A DNA stretch of 64,000 nucleotides from Ylistrum balloti. Its lineage: Eukaryota. The position numbers were made by a program, and so were the translations under genes. Of the stretch, positions 54,134 to 64,000 are shown one piece after another. The stretch spans positions 310,001 through 374,000 of the forward strand of contig NW_026781984.1 of NCBI RefSeq assembly GCF_031769215.1, read 5' to 3'. The notes under the pieces were generated by a model, which was not told the origin of the DNA, made no database searches, and saw only the letters and a program-made list of their open reading frames with translations. The first letter of the stretch is position 1. Every line of letters begins with the position of its first letter.

Positions 54134-57127
54134 GTGTCGGAAGCATTATTGGGTATGGACATTATGGAACGGAAAACCATCAACGTGGTTACCAGAGGAC
54201 AAAAACGTCAACAGGATAAAGAGGACGCAGAGGCCTCTCAGAAAGTAACCATGGAGACCAAGGGAAATTCTGAAGTGGCAGAAAACCATAATGTCAGGGA
54301 GAGTGAGCTCAACTCACACGCCAATGACAGTGACGCAAATAAGGACACTGAAGATTCAGAATCTATAGCGACAACAAATGAGGAGTCAGAGGTCATCATT
54401 GAAGAAAAAAATTACACCAAGGATATCTCAAAAATCAACGTGGAAACCCTCAGAGAGATGCAAATATCGGATGTGTCGTTAGCAAACTTAAGGCGAAAGG
54501 CAGCAGATTCTTCAGAGGAAGTTGATTCTGATTCCAATGCAATATTTTGGGCAAACGGTGTTCTTAAACGGAAATGGAAGGCAACAGATGGTGTGAGATC
54601 TGGTGTTCATGTGATATTACCTGTAGATCTCAGGAATAAAGTAATCGAGCTAGCTCACAAAAGAGCGTTCGCAGGCTACGTGGGAGTCGAGAAAACAAAG
54701 GAACGTATTCTCACATCATCCTACTGGCCAGGTGTTTTCAAGGATGTTACAATATTGTAGGTCTTGTGATGTTTGCCAGAAAGTGGCGAAAAGGCTTTGT
54801 GACGAAAAAGCGCCATTAGTGCAACCGCCGATGGTGGATGAGCCCTTTTACAAGATCTCAATGGATAAAGTAGGGACATTGTCGAAGTCAAAGAGAGGAA
54901 ATAGATTTATCCTCACAGTGATTGATGACGCGACGCGATACCCAGAGGCCTTTGCGCTCAGGAATGTGGATGCAGCAATTGTAGCTGATACCCTGATGGA
55001 AATGTTTTCACGCGTTGGATTTCCACAGGTGATTCTTACGGATCAAGGTTCTAATTTTACATCGGAGCTATTGAACAACCTGTATGAAATCACGGGTATC
55101 AGAGGGATCACCACATCTCCATACCATCCACAAACCAACGGAAAGGTGGAAAGATTCAATGCTACACTGAAGGCAATCTTGAAAAAGTTGTCAGCAAGTA
55201 ATAAAGGGGAATGGGACACTTTATTACCCTATGCGCTTTTTGCGTACCGTGAAGTGCCTCACGAGGAAACAGGGTTCTCGCCATTCGAGATGCTCTATGG
55301 TTGGCAAGTTCGTGGTCCAATCCAGATTTTAGAGAAGGCCATGACAGGTGAGGATGAAATTCAAAGAACTGTTGTAGACCATGTTGTTAACATGCGCGAG
55401 CGCTTGTCAGAAATAGGGGACACAGTGCGTGAAACACTTGTTATCAAACGCCAAAAGATCAAACAATGGTATGACCAAAATGCGACCAACAGGGAATCCC
55501 GACCAGGCGATGCAGTATTATTATTTCTACCCTCAGACAGCTCCAAAATGGTTGCTCAGTGGAAGGGGCCATATCGGGTCATACGTAAGGCTACCGACGT
55601 CAACTACGAAATTAGCGTAGCAGGTCGCCGCGGGAGAGTGGTTTATCACGTTAATCTACTCCGCAAATACAACAGATCTGTACCTCAGATAGGGTTTGTA
55701 CAGAAACAGCCAGACGTTAATCCAGCCGAGGATGTTGGTGACAATGTGGACGAAATCACAGATGTGAAACTTGGCGCTAACCTCAACAAAACACAGCGGA
55801 AGGAACTACGGAGGCTATGTGAGGACTATCTGGATGTCATTAACTCAGAGCCAGGTAAAACTACTCTGGTTACACATACTATAAAGACAACGAGTAAAAA
55901 GCCCATAAGGCAACAGCCGTACCGAATTCCTCAGTCAAAACGTGGAGAGGTGAAGAGGATAATCGACGAAATGTTGGAGAAGAGTCAAATATCTCCATCG
56001 TCAAGCCCCTATTCAGCACCGGTAGTTCTAATCGAGAAGCCTGACAAATCGATTAGACTGTGTGTAGACTATCGCAAATTGAACGATATTACTGAATTTG
56101 ACGGATATCCGATACCACGCATAGACGAAATCTTCGAAAAACTGGGAAAAGCCAAGTATATAAGCACCATGGATTTAGCCAAGGGCTACTGGCAAATTCC
56201 TTTGGCGGAGGAGTCACAGGACAAATCAGCTTTTGTAACGGAATTCGGCCAATTCAAATTCCATGTAATTCCATTCGGAATGAAAACAGCACCAGCTACT
56301 TTCGCTCGAATGATGGACAAAATGCTGAGAGGACTGTCAAATGTAGTTGCCTATTTTGATGACATTGTGGTTTTTACCGAGACATGGGAAGATCACGTGA
56401 CTCAGTTACGCAACGTTCTACAGCGTCTGAGAGAAGATGGGTTAACCGTGAAACCCTCCAAATGTATTCTTGGAGAGGAGGAGCTGTATTGCCTTGGTCA
56501 TGTTGTTGGCCATGGATCTGTCAAGCCTGATGACCGGAAAATAAAAGTCATGACTGATTTTCCACTCCCTCAGTCCAAAAAGGGAGTAAGATCATTCCTC
56601 GGAATGACGGGATATTATCGTAAATTTGTGAAAGACTATGCGCGAATCGCGGAACCATTGACTGATATGTTAAAATCAAAAGAATCTACAAAAGTCGTAT
56701 GGACCGAAAATAGAGTGAACGCGTTCAGGGCTCTGAAGGATGCAATGACACAAGCTCCAATGTTGACTTTGAAAAGCATTTCTACCTACAAACGGACGCG
56801 AGTAACACAGCTATAGGTGGAGTTTTGTGCCAAAAAGTTGACGGTGACGAGCACCCAGTCGCGTACACGAGTCGAAAACTACTCCCATGTGAAATTAACT
56901 ATTCGACAGTAGAAAAGGAATGTTTAGCCACTGTGTGGATATTATCTGAATGGTGTTCAGTTCACGGTTGAGACTGATCACAACCCATAGTTTGGCTGGA
57001 GAAAACCAAACTGAAAAACCAGAGACCGATGCGATGGGCCTTAGCATTACAGCCCTATTGTTTTGACATTAACTATCGAAAAGGCTCAAACAATGCAAAC
57101 GCTGACGGGCTATCGCGCATCGAGTAA
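54134..57127 (+). pseudogene. pol: Retrotransposon pol: protease C-terminal remnant, integrase, reverse transcriptase, RNase H; frameshifts near 54755 and 56790
   Basis: EALLGMDIM; zinc-binding region LAH..YWPG..CRSCDVC; integrase triad ISMD / ILTDQGSNF / GKVERFN; GPY motif; RT CVDYRKLN, DLAKGYWQIP, YFDD; RNase [11 protein letters not shown]...EKECLA and ANADGLSR. Confidence 0.95.
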
Positions 57128-57416
57128 AGGCAAAGAGAAGAATGAAATTTTTTAAAAATCATTTTGTAACTTGTTTCTGCTAATATTCTGTGCAGTAAAA
57201 TATACTAAAAGGATAAAGAAACGCAGGGTGAACTTTAAACCAGAAATTAAGTATGATATCGGGCTCCATTTAAAACGAAATTTTGTATACTTACAGATAA
57301 ATTAAAGCTTAAAAATGTCCAAAGTCTGTATTTTGCATCTGACAATTGGTTTAGAGGTACTAACGATTAAATTGAATGGACCCATAAGATTTTGAAATTG
57401 AAATTGAACTGAGTCA

Positions 57417-58429
57417 TCAATATCTTGTGTGTCCGCCGTTTGCTGTGGTCACGGCCCTTATTCTTCTGGTCATAGAGTTCATGAGAGCGTTAATCCGTCT
57501 TATGGGGTCCCACTCTTCAATCAGAGCTCTGGTCAACTGCTCTCGAGTAGCAGGGAGTGGCTGGCGCTTTCGAACCTGTCTATCCAACTGGTCCCAAAGA
57601 TGCTCGATCGGGGACAAATCAGGGCTATATGGCGGCCAATCTAGTGGTTGAATGTTGTTGTTGGCCAAAAAGACTTGGCAAATCCTTGCTACGTGGGGCC
57701 TAGCATTATCCTGCTGGAGGGTTAGATTATGCTGCTGTAAGAAAGGGATAACATGGGGTCGGAGGATCTCATCTCTATACTTAGCTGCTGTTAAATTGCC
57801 ATCAATAACAACCAATTGTGGTTTTAACCCGTGTGTGATTCCTCCCCACACCATTACTGATCCGCCCCCAACCTATCTCTCTCTACAACGCAAGCGTCTG
57901 TAAAACGTTCGCCACGACGTCGGTAGACACGTTGACGGAAGTCAGATCGATAAAGACAGAATCGAGACTCGTCCGTGAAGAAAACTTGTCTCCACTGCCT
58001 CAGTGGAAACCGTCGTGGAGCATGTGCAGTGACCCAGGCCATACGACGCCGACGTCGAGCAGGGGTAAGGTGTGGACCTACGTAGGGGCGACGTGCTCTT
58101 ACACCAACTTCTCGTAATCGATTCCTTACAGTTTTTGAACTTATAGGACGCCCATGATTTCCACGAACATTAAGTGCACTCTCAACGGCAGTAAGGCGCC
58201 GATTACGCACATGAGAGACGACGATATAGCGATCCTGACGTCATGACGTTACGCGCAGACGTCCTGACCTAGGTCGATCGGCCAATCGCCCAGTTTCCCG
58301 AAGACGTCTTACAGGACGTTCTATGGTGGAAACATTAACACCAAAGTGCCTAGCAGCCTGATTTTGCAGCTGTCCTTGCATCAGCATCTGAATGGCCTGA
58401 CCCCTCTGAACTTCTGTGAGTCATGCCAT
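57417..58429 (-). pseudogene. Tc1-type DDE transposase, inactivated
   Basis: MA*LTEVQRGQAI...RSGR HTH region; FFTDESRF, VWGGI, LQQDNARPH, WPPYSPDLSPIEHLW. Two TGA stops and a frameshift near 57854. Confidence 0.93.
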
Positions 58430-58626
58430 TCTTAAAACGAATCAAATTCTCAATTAATTTTAGGGAAGCAGTTGGTCTGTATAAAGACTAACGAAGAGTG
58501 ACTTGACCAACGCTGCATGAGACCAGAACAACACGGTGCACGAGATTCTTGTTTTTTCCTTCCTCCATTTGCCAGAGCTGCGCACTGTACCATGACTAAA
58601 TTTTCGATACATGACAAGGTGTAATA

Positions 58627-59045
58627 TACGGAAGCGTATTCCGGCCACGTTTGTGTTTTATTTTTACTCGAAATTTCGAGATATCATCGGGTTAGTAATC
58701 CGAAATTTTGAGATAGTAACCCGAAATTTTGAGATAGTAACCCGAAATTTCGAGATAGTAAGTCGAAATTTCGAGTTAGTAAGTCGAAATTTTGAGATAG
58801 TAAGTCGAAATTTCGAGTTAGTAATCCGAAATTTTGAGATAGTAAGTCGAAATTTTGAGATAGTAAGTCGAAATTTCGAGTTAGTAATCCGAAATTTCGA
58901 CTTACTAACTCGAAATTTCGACTTACTATCTCAAAATTTCGACTTACTAACTCGAAATTTCGACTTACTATCTCAAAATTTCGAGATGCTATCTCGAAAT
59001 TTCGAGTTTAAATAAAACACAACGTGGCCGGAATACGCTTCCGTA
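58627..59045. mobile_element. MITE with TAC...GTA ends and 6-bp TSD (IS3EU-like, non-autonomous), filled with a 21-bp repeat
   Basis: About 33-bp TIR TACGGAAGCGTATTCCGGCCACGTTTGTGTTTTA. GTAATA on both sides (58621-58626 and 59046-59051). Inner unit CGAAATTTYGAGATAGTAAGT. Confidence 0.85.
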
Positions 59046-59313
59046 GTAATATGACCTAATTACTCAATCCACAAAGTCTCACTTCATTTGGAGAACGCGT
59101 TTTCAAAATATCGGAATAAATATTACCCTGCGTTTCTTTATCCTTTCAGTATAATTTAATAGTGTAGGCAGTAGTGAAATAGCATATTCCAACAGGATTA
59201 AATCTCAGTGCAGAGACTAAGGACATGAACTTGGACACGAACAGTTGTAGTGATAAATTGATCATTATAAAGTCACTCTGTGGATTATGTGTTCCAGGGG
59301 TGGGTGGTGGGGG

Positions 59314-59716
59314 GGTTAAGAGTCAAATAATGACACCAAGTGAGTGGCGAGTTTGATTAGTGTTCCGGATCATCGTACAATTTTAGGGTGTCTGATGTTA
59401 GGCGTAGTGACCAGCCGATGACCAGTTAATGTTGTAGTGTGCCAGATAAGGTCAATTAATGACCCCTGCTGGAGTTTCAAGAGTTTAAACAGACTTTAGA
59501 ATTCCTTCACTCTTATCTTCATCTCTGATAATTATTACTTTCATCTGTTTGATTGTATCTGTAAATTGTCTGTATCATGTATGTTTTAGTCAGTCTAATG
59601 TAAACCTCCGAGCTAGGCACACGTCTACTCGTACCTTCCATCCTTAATACAGTTTAGAACCGAAGACAAGAGTTAATTGTTATTTTCTCTATTGTATCCG
59701 GAGGCTGAGGGTAACA
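59314..59716 (+). repeat. 3' LTR (403 bp)
   Basis: Matches the 5' LTR except for about 9 substitutions and a 42-bp deletion. Confidence 0.95.
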
Positions 59717-59839
59717 ACATCACTTCTACATAGTTATGTACAAGTGTGTGGCAGGGGAGGAAAATTCTATATTGTTATTGGTAAGACACTTTTATACTCA
59801 TTATGAGAGCGGTAAGATACTTTCATATTTACTGTGGGT

Positions 59840-60053
59840 AGTCGGGTGGCGCAGTGGTAACGCACTCGCATTTCACCTAGCCGACCGGGGTTCGAACGTG
59901 AAAAGGTAAGGGGTCACATGCTCGACCACGTGTGTTTTCCCCGGGTACTCCGGTTTCCTCCCACAATAAGACCCCTCGCGCGTTTACATCCGGGCCAACA
60001 AGAGTGATTAGTATAAGTTGACATAACTTGTTTCGCAATTGTTGTAAAATAAA
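59840..60053 (+). mobile_element. tRNA-derived SINE with V-SINE central domain
   Basis: A box GTCGGGTGGCGCAGTGG, B box GGGGTTCGAA, and CCGGGTACTCCGGTTTCCTCCCACA, the motif typical of V-SINEs. Confidence 0.88.
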
Positions 60054-61990
60054 GTGTATATTAATTTATATTTACTGTGAGAGAAGTAGAATTTACTCAT
60101 CAAAGAGTAATGTCGGCCTTTGGTATCTTTAATGTTAATGAATAAACAATGTAGCGAGAACCAGACTGGACCACGATTAAAATGTTTGTGTGTAGTCACA
60201 TACATGTACCTCGGTCCACACACTCACAGGAGACCGCGTTGTTTACATCTATCATCATACTGGCCTAGTGTACTGGTGAAAGAGACGCCAATGTTGACGT
60301 GATTGTGCCTGAATACACCTCCAGTTTAACCATATTGTTCCCTCCGGTACTGTCCCCAACCCCAACCCCCCTCCCCCTCCCCCTATTGTTATTGATATTG
60401 TTACTTACATGACGGGCGTCTGTTATCAAGCAGGAGACAAATGTCCTTCCGCAACTCCATGTCTACCTTTGCACAGGTCTCCGTGTAAATCATTTCATAT
60501 TTTTCTATATTTTTAAACGACTTTTTGTTAGATATACATGAATGATTCGTCAATGAATCAGAACACGCTTATCCTTCCGAGACACCTTGCAGGGACTTCT
60601 GTCTTCCCTTTGCTCTTCTTTTTCTATATTTTATATTGACTTAATGCTTGAATTCTGTTTATACAGTTGATATCAATTGTCGCCTACTAAACAAATTTTG
60701 GTTTGATATTGAAAGAATATGATTCATACAGCTATACATTATCTGTATTTTAATGAGTTAGGATTTTGTCATTTCTCTGACAATCGCATATACATTTAGC
60801 TATTTCTCAAAAGATCTCAGCGTTTATATACTGTGGTTATATATATGTTTAATACATTTTACGCATACCAGGTATACCGAAATGTCACACAAACAATATG
60901 GAACTTTCAAAATCATGAAAATATATATTTCAACCTTATGGTATTTTATACATGGTTTCTCGCTTTCAGTTCCTACTTTTTTGTGTGACACACATTCTTC
61001 TATAAATGAAAATGACACGTGTTCAAACTAACAGCACTACAGACTATTCCTAACTACTATAATTCGTTACAACCGAACCAGCTACCTCTCTGAGTCGATC
61101 GCCATTCCACTTCCCAGGTTCATATTGTCACTGTCCCTGCTCTGACGCTCCGTCAACGCTTGTTCTCGTACTGTCCCAATCAAACTAGCTTCTCGACCGA
61201 CCGAGTGTTAGATTCCCGATGCTTTCCGAACATCCGTCTCTTAAGCTCTTGCATTTCTTATGTATATGAAAATCACTTCTGCTCCTGAAGGACTTATTGC
61301 ATACAACACAATGAAATGGCTTCTCGTCCGTATGTTTAAACATGTGTTGATTAACTCGTTCATTGAGTCATAGCCGCAGTTGCCTACATCACAACTGTAA
61401 CGCCGATAGTCTTTGAACTATGTGTTTCCGTAAATGGCGGCTGTATTCGAGTCGCCTTGTATATTTCTCACCACATACAGATCATTAAATTATTTCGCCT
61501 TTTTTAAGTGGTTAATTAGCTGTGAGAACGGTCAAGTGCATGACCAGGTCCCCTCTCGTCTGGCAGTTTTTATCACAAATGTCGCACGTGTTTGGTCCTT
61601 TCCCCTCGTGCATAGAATCATGGAGAGAGAGTATGTCTCTTCGCCGAAATGTCTTCGGGCGATGTTTACATCTATGACCTGCAATTCAATTAGAATCAGT
61701 GGAGGAATTTTCTGTGCCTTCAAGTCCGTTAACACTGTAAACGGAAGACAGTTCCGATTACTCCGATGAAAACTTGTCAGAAGACAAAATCTCATGTCCG
61801 TTTGGTGTCCTTTCACATTGACCGTCCGATGGCATTTGCGGATTGCCAAGACGCGATAAACTACTGTCTCTACCCTATGCGCAGCGTCCACCTTCGATTT
61901 TTTTCGTCTTGTCCCGTCTCCGGACAGAAGATCGCGCGATGTCTGTGAGACGTGACGCTTCCTCATATTTTTCGATTCGGCCGACCTACA

Positions 61991-64000
61991 CTATTTTATT
62001 CCAGATGTACCAAGCATCTTTGTTGTTTCTGAACATGGCTCCGCTGATTTAAGTCGTTTCCGTTTTGATTCATGTCGTATCTTCATTGATTTTTTTCGAT
62101 TTTGATGACCAAAATCAGACGATTCTTCTGCAACAAAGGAATTCGAAAATACCGCCATGTTTCCATTACTGACTCGACAACCTCTATTGTTCAATACATG
62201 AGATGTAAGGGTATCTAGTGAGGTGTATCGGTTTTTCCGACCTGTGCTAAATTGAGTCTTTTTATATTCCGAATTGTTCTGTTTGTCGTGTGGTGACTGT
62301 TTAACCGTTTTAGTCATCGATTGTTTGACTTTGTTATTGTTACTGTCTATTTGTCTCTTTGGAATGACAAGAGTCTTTCTAATGTGTAGTTTTTTACTTC
62401 TATCTATGTTGTATCTCTTCCAGCTTAGATTAAAGACTTCCGCCTCCGAACTCTCCTCCGACTTGAGCCGTGTCTTTTTCCGTCCTGCATGTTTAAGACT
62501 GTTTGCGGGGTCATCCTTTTGTTCGTCCGTCGCGTTGCTTTTCTGTAACTCAGTTATCCTTTCCTCCTTATCTGATGTGTCTTCATTAATTTGTTGCACT
62601 TCTATAGAGCAACCAGTGACCTGGATCTGCGCGAGTTTTCCTGCACCTCTCGCCTTCCTATTTATCTTACCGAAGTGTGTCCCTTCTCCTTCCTGAGTAT
62701 CAGTAATACTCTTGTCATCGTCCTCTCCTCTACCCTGTCTCTCACTTCCGGTATCTTCGTGGTCACTCGCTCCTCCTACAGTCTTTACGCGATTACTTTC
62801 GTCACTTTCCTGTTCGTCATGACTGGACTGCGTGCAATCACTTTCTTTCCCGTCCTGTCTCTCACTTCCGGTCTCCATTTGGTCTACTTCTACACTACTC
62901 GTGTCCTTTTTCCTGACCTCAATTCGGTAATCATCTAAACGGACGATCCCGCCTTGATATTTCATTGAATCTCTCTTCCTTCTAACCCTGCGACAATCAT
63001 TGACACTGAATGCGGATTCATTAACTACACAACAATCGTCGACGTTGGCTGGTAAAACCTCAGACGTCATGTTGCTACTATGGTTGCGTTTTTTATGTGC
63101 ATTAACACTACTCCCGTCCATTTCCTTAGAGCCCGTAATGATAGAGGTACTTTTGATGACGTCATCGTCCTTTAGTGATGTTTTATCGGATGCATTGTCT
63201 ATAACACTTCCACACATGTCAATACCACGTGTTCCTCCGACATTTTCAGGCCGTCTTAAAGCATTGACGATTCTGTGAGATTGGACATGAAACCGATACA
63301 CACATTCACACGTGAAAACTTTGGGACACAATCTACAGACGGAGTCCTGTCTTTTCTCATGTGTGAGAAAGTGTTCGTAGAATTCCTTTCCATCACTGGT
63401 CTGTTTAGAACAGAATGGGCACACGTGGTTCTGAATCCTGTCATGCGTGTCCATGTGTTTACGTATTTCCGTCCTACTATGGAACACCGACATACAAATA
63501 GTACATTCATATTCAAAACATTGTGTGACATCATCAATCTTGTCATATTTTTCATTGATAGAAATGACAAGGTCGTTAGCCAGACAGGTCACACATACTG
63601 ATTCATGCCTGTTTTGATACGCGTCGTAAGACGAAAGAGATAAGTCCTTTGTTGTATGATAAAGGTCTTCTACTAATTTCTTCCCACATGTTTCGCATGT
63701 TAGTTTAGACAAACTTTTCTTAGGCAATGGAGTAGATGTGTTTGTTGAAAGTACTTCTCTCTGTTGGGAATATCCAGCCTCTCTTGCTACAGAGAAATAT
63801 CGGCGACAGCTTTCATCATACTGAAGTAAACGACAAGCCCCGTTATAAAGTTTCTCACATACATCACAGCTACACTGTTCCGATTTCACTTCGATATGGT
63901 CGTTAAAATCTGGTTCAGTCTTGGTCTTGTGTGCGCTTTCTGGTAAGTTTGAACAAATATTAGTTGTGTCAGAGGGCGCTTGGTTGAAACTTTGGGTAAT
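61991..64000 (-). CDS. C2H2 zinc-finger protein with CxxC-x30-CxxC module; zinc-finger gene 2, 5' end beyond the window
   Basis: Frame open from 64000 to TAG at 61991-61993; the listed GTG start at 63889 is internal. Fingers CTICMSVFHSRTEIRKHMDTH, CPFCSKQTSDGKEFYEHFLTH, CRLCPKVFTCECVYRFHVQSH; long D/E/S/K-rich tail. Confidence 0.85.
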   Translation of the reverse strand: MTQSFNQAPSDTTNICSNLPESAHKTKTEPDFNDHIEVKSEQCSCDVCEKLYNGACRLLQYDESCRRYFSVAREAGYSQQREVLSTNTSTPLPKKSLSKLTCETCGKKLVEDLYHTTKDLSLSSYDAYQNRHESVCVTCLANDLVISINEKYDKIDDVTQCFEYECTICMSVFHSRTEIRKHMDTHDRIQNHVCPFCSKQTSDGKEFYEHFLTHEKRQDSVCRLCPKVFTCECVYRFHVQSHRIVNALRRPENVGGTRGIDMCGSVIDNASDKTSLKDDDVIKSTSIITGSKEMDGSSVNAHKKRNHSSNMTSEVLPANVDDCCVVNESAFSVNDCRRVRRKRDSMKYQGGIVRLDDYRIEVRKKDTSSVEVDQMETGSERQDGKESDCTQSSHDEQESDESNRVKTVGGASDHEDTGSERQGRGEDDDKSITDTQEGEGTHFGKINRKARGAGKLAQIQVTGCSIEVQQINEDTSDKEERITELQKSNATDEQKDDPANSLKHAGRKKTRLKSEESSEAEVFNLSWKRYNIDRSKKLHIRKTLVIPKRQIDSNNNKVKQSMTKTVKQSPHDKQNNSEYKKTQFSTGRKNRYTSLDTLTSHVLNNRGCRVSNGNMAVFSNSFVAEESSDFGHQNRKKSMKIRHESKRKRLKSAEPCSETTKMLGTSGIK

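Larger units (their letters stand above)
57201..59153 (-). mobile_element. Tc1-family DNA transposon nested in the Gypsy 3' UTR
   Basis: 29-bp TIRs TATACT(A/G)AAAGGATAAAGAAACGCAGGGT at 57201-57229 and 59125-59153 with TA ends; about 1.52 kb once the inner MITE is removed. Confidence 0.95.
52712..59716 (+). mobile_element. Ty3/Gypsy LTR retrotransposon with both LTRs, IN-RT-RH order (Gmr1-like), decayed and interrupted
   Basis: LTRs 52712-53156 and 59314-59716. 5-bp TSD ACATC (52707-52711 and 59717-59721). PBS TGGTGGCAGCGGTG at 53159-53172; purine-rich PPT at about 59296-59313; gag and pol remnants. Confidence 0.96.

Noticed and set aside
58611-59015. RNFEIVS repeat ORF (134 aa)
   Set aside because: Translation of the 21-bp array inside the MITE.
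59840-59900. tRNA gene-like heads here and at 32108 and 12279
   Set aside because: A and B boxes are present, but there is no complete cloverleaf and they run into a shared SINE body.

Overview
AT-rich, repeat-dense eukaryotic DNA, with no prokaryotic genes, rRNA, true tRNA or CRISPR array. The V-type SINEs and repeat landscape suggest an invertebrate, probably a mollusc (inference). Main contents: (1) two paralogous long single-exon C2H2 zinc-finger CDSs in convergent orientation, 38054-39901 (+) and 61991 to beyond 64000 (-); both have an upstream CxxC...CxxC module and apparently a similar C-terminal segment cut off by an in-frame stop; (2) a bounded but decayed Ty3/Gypsy LTR retrotransposon (52712-59716, TSD ACATC) with integrase before RT (Gmr1-like), carrying a nested Tc1 transposon that itself carries a MITE with a 6-bp TSD; (3) a second truncated Gypsy 5' end, LTR-like relics, three tRNA-derived SINEs and small MITEs; (4) about ten tandem arrays (5-71 bp units) and a 240-N gap; (5) a low-confidence spliced secreted-protein gene near 1.6-2.5 kb. 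All identifications come from reading the sequence; no searches were run.
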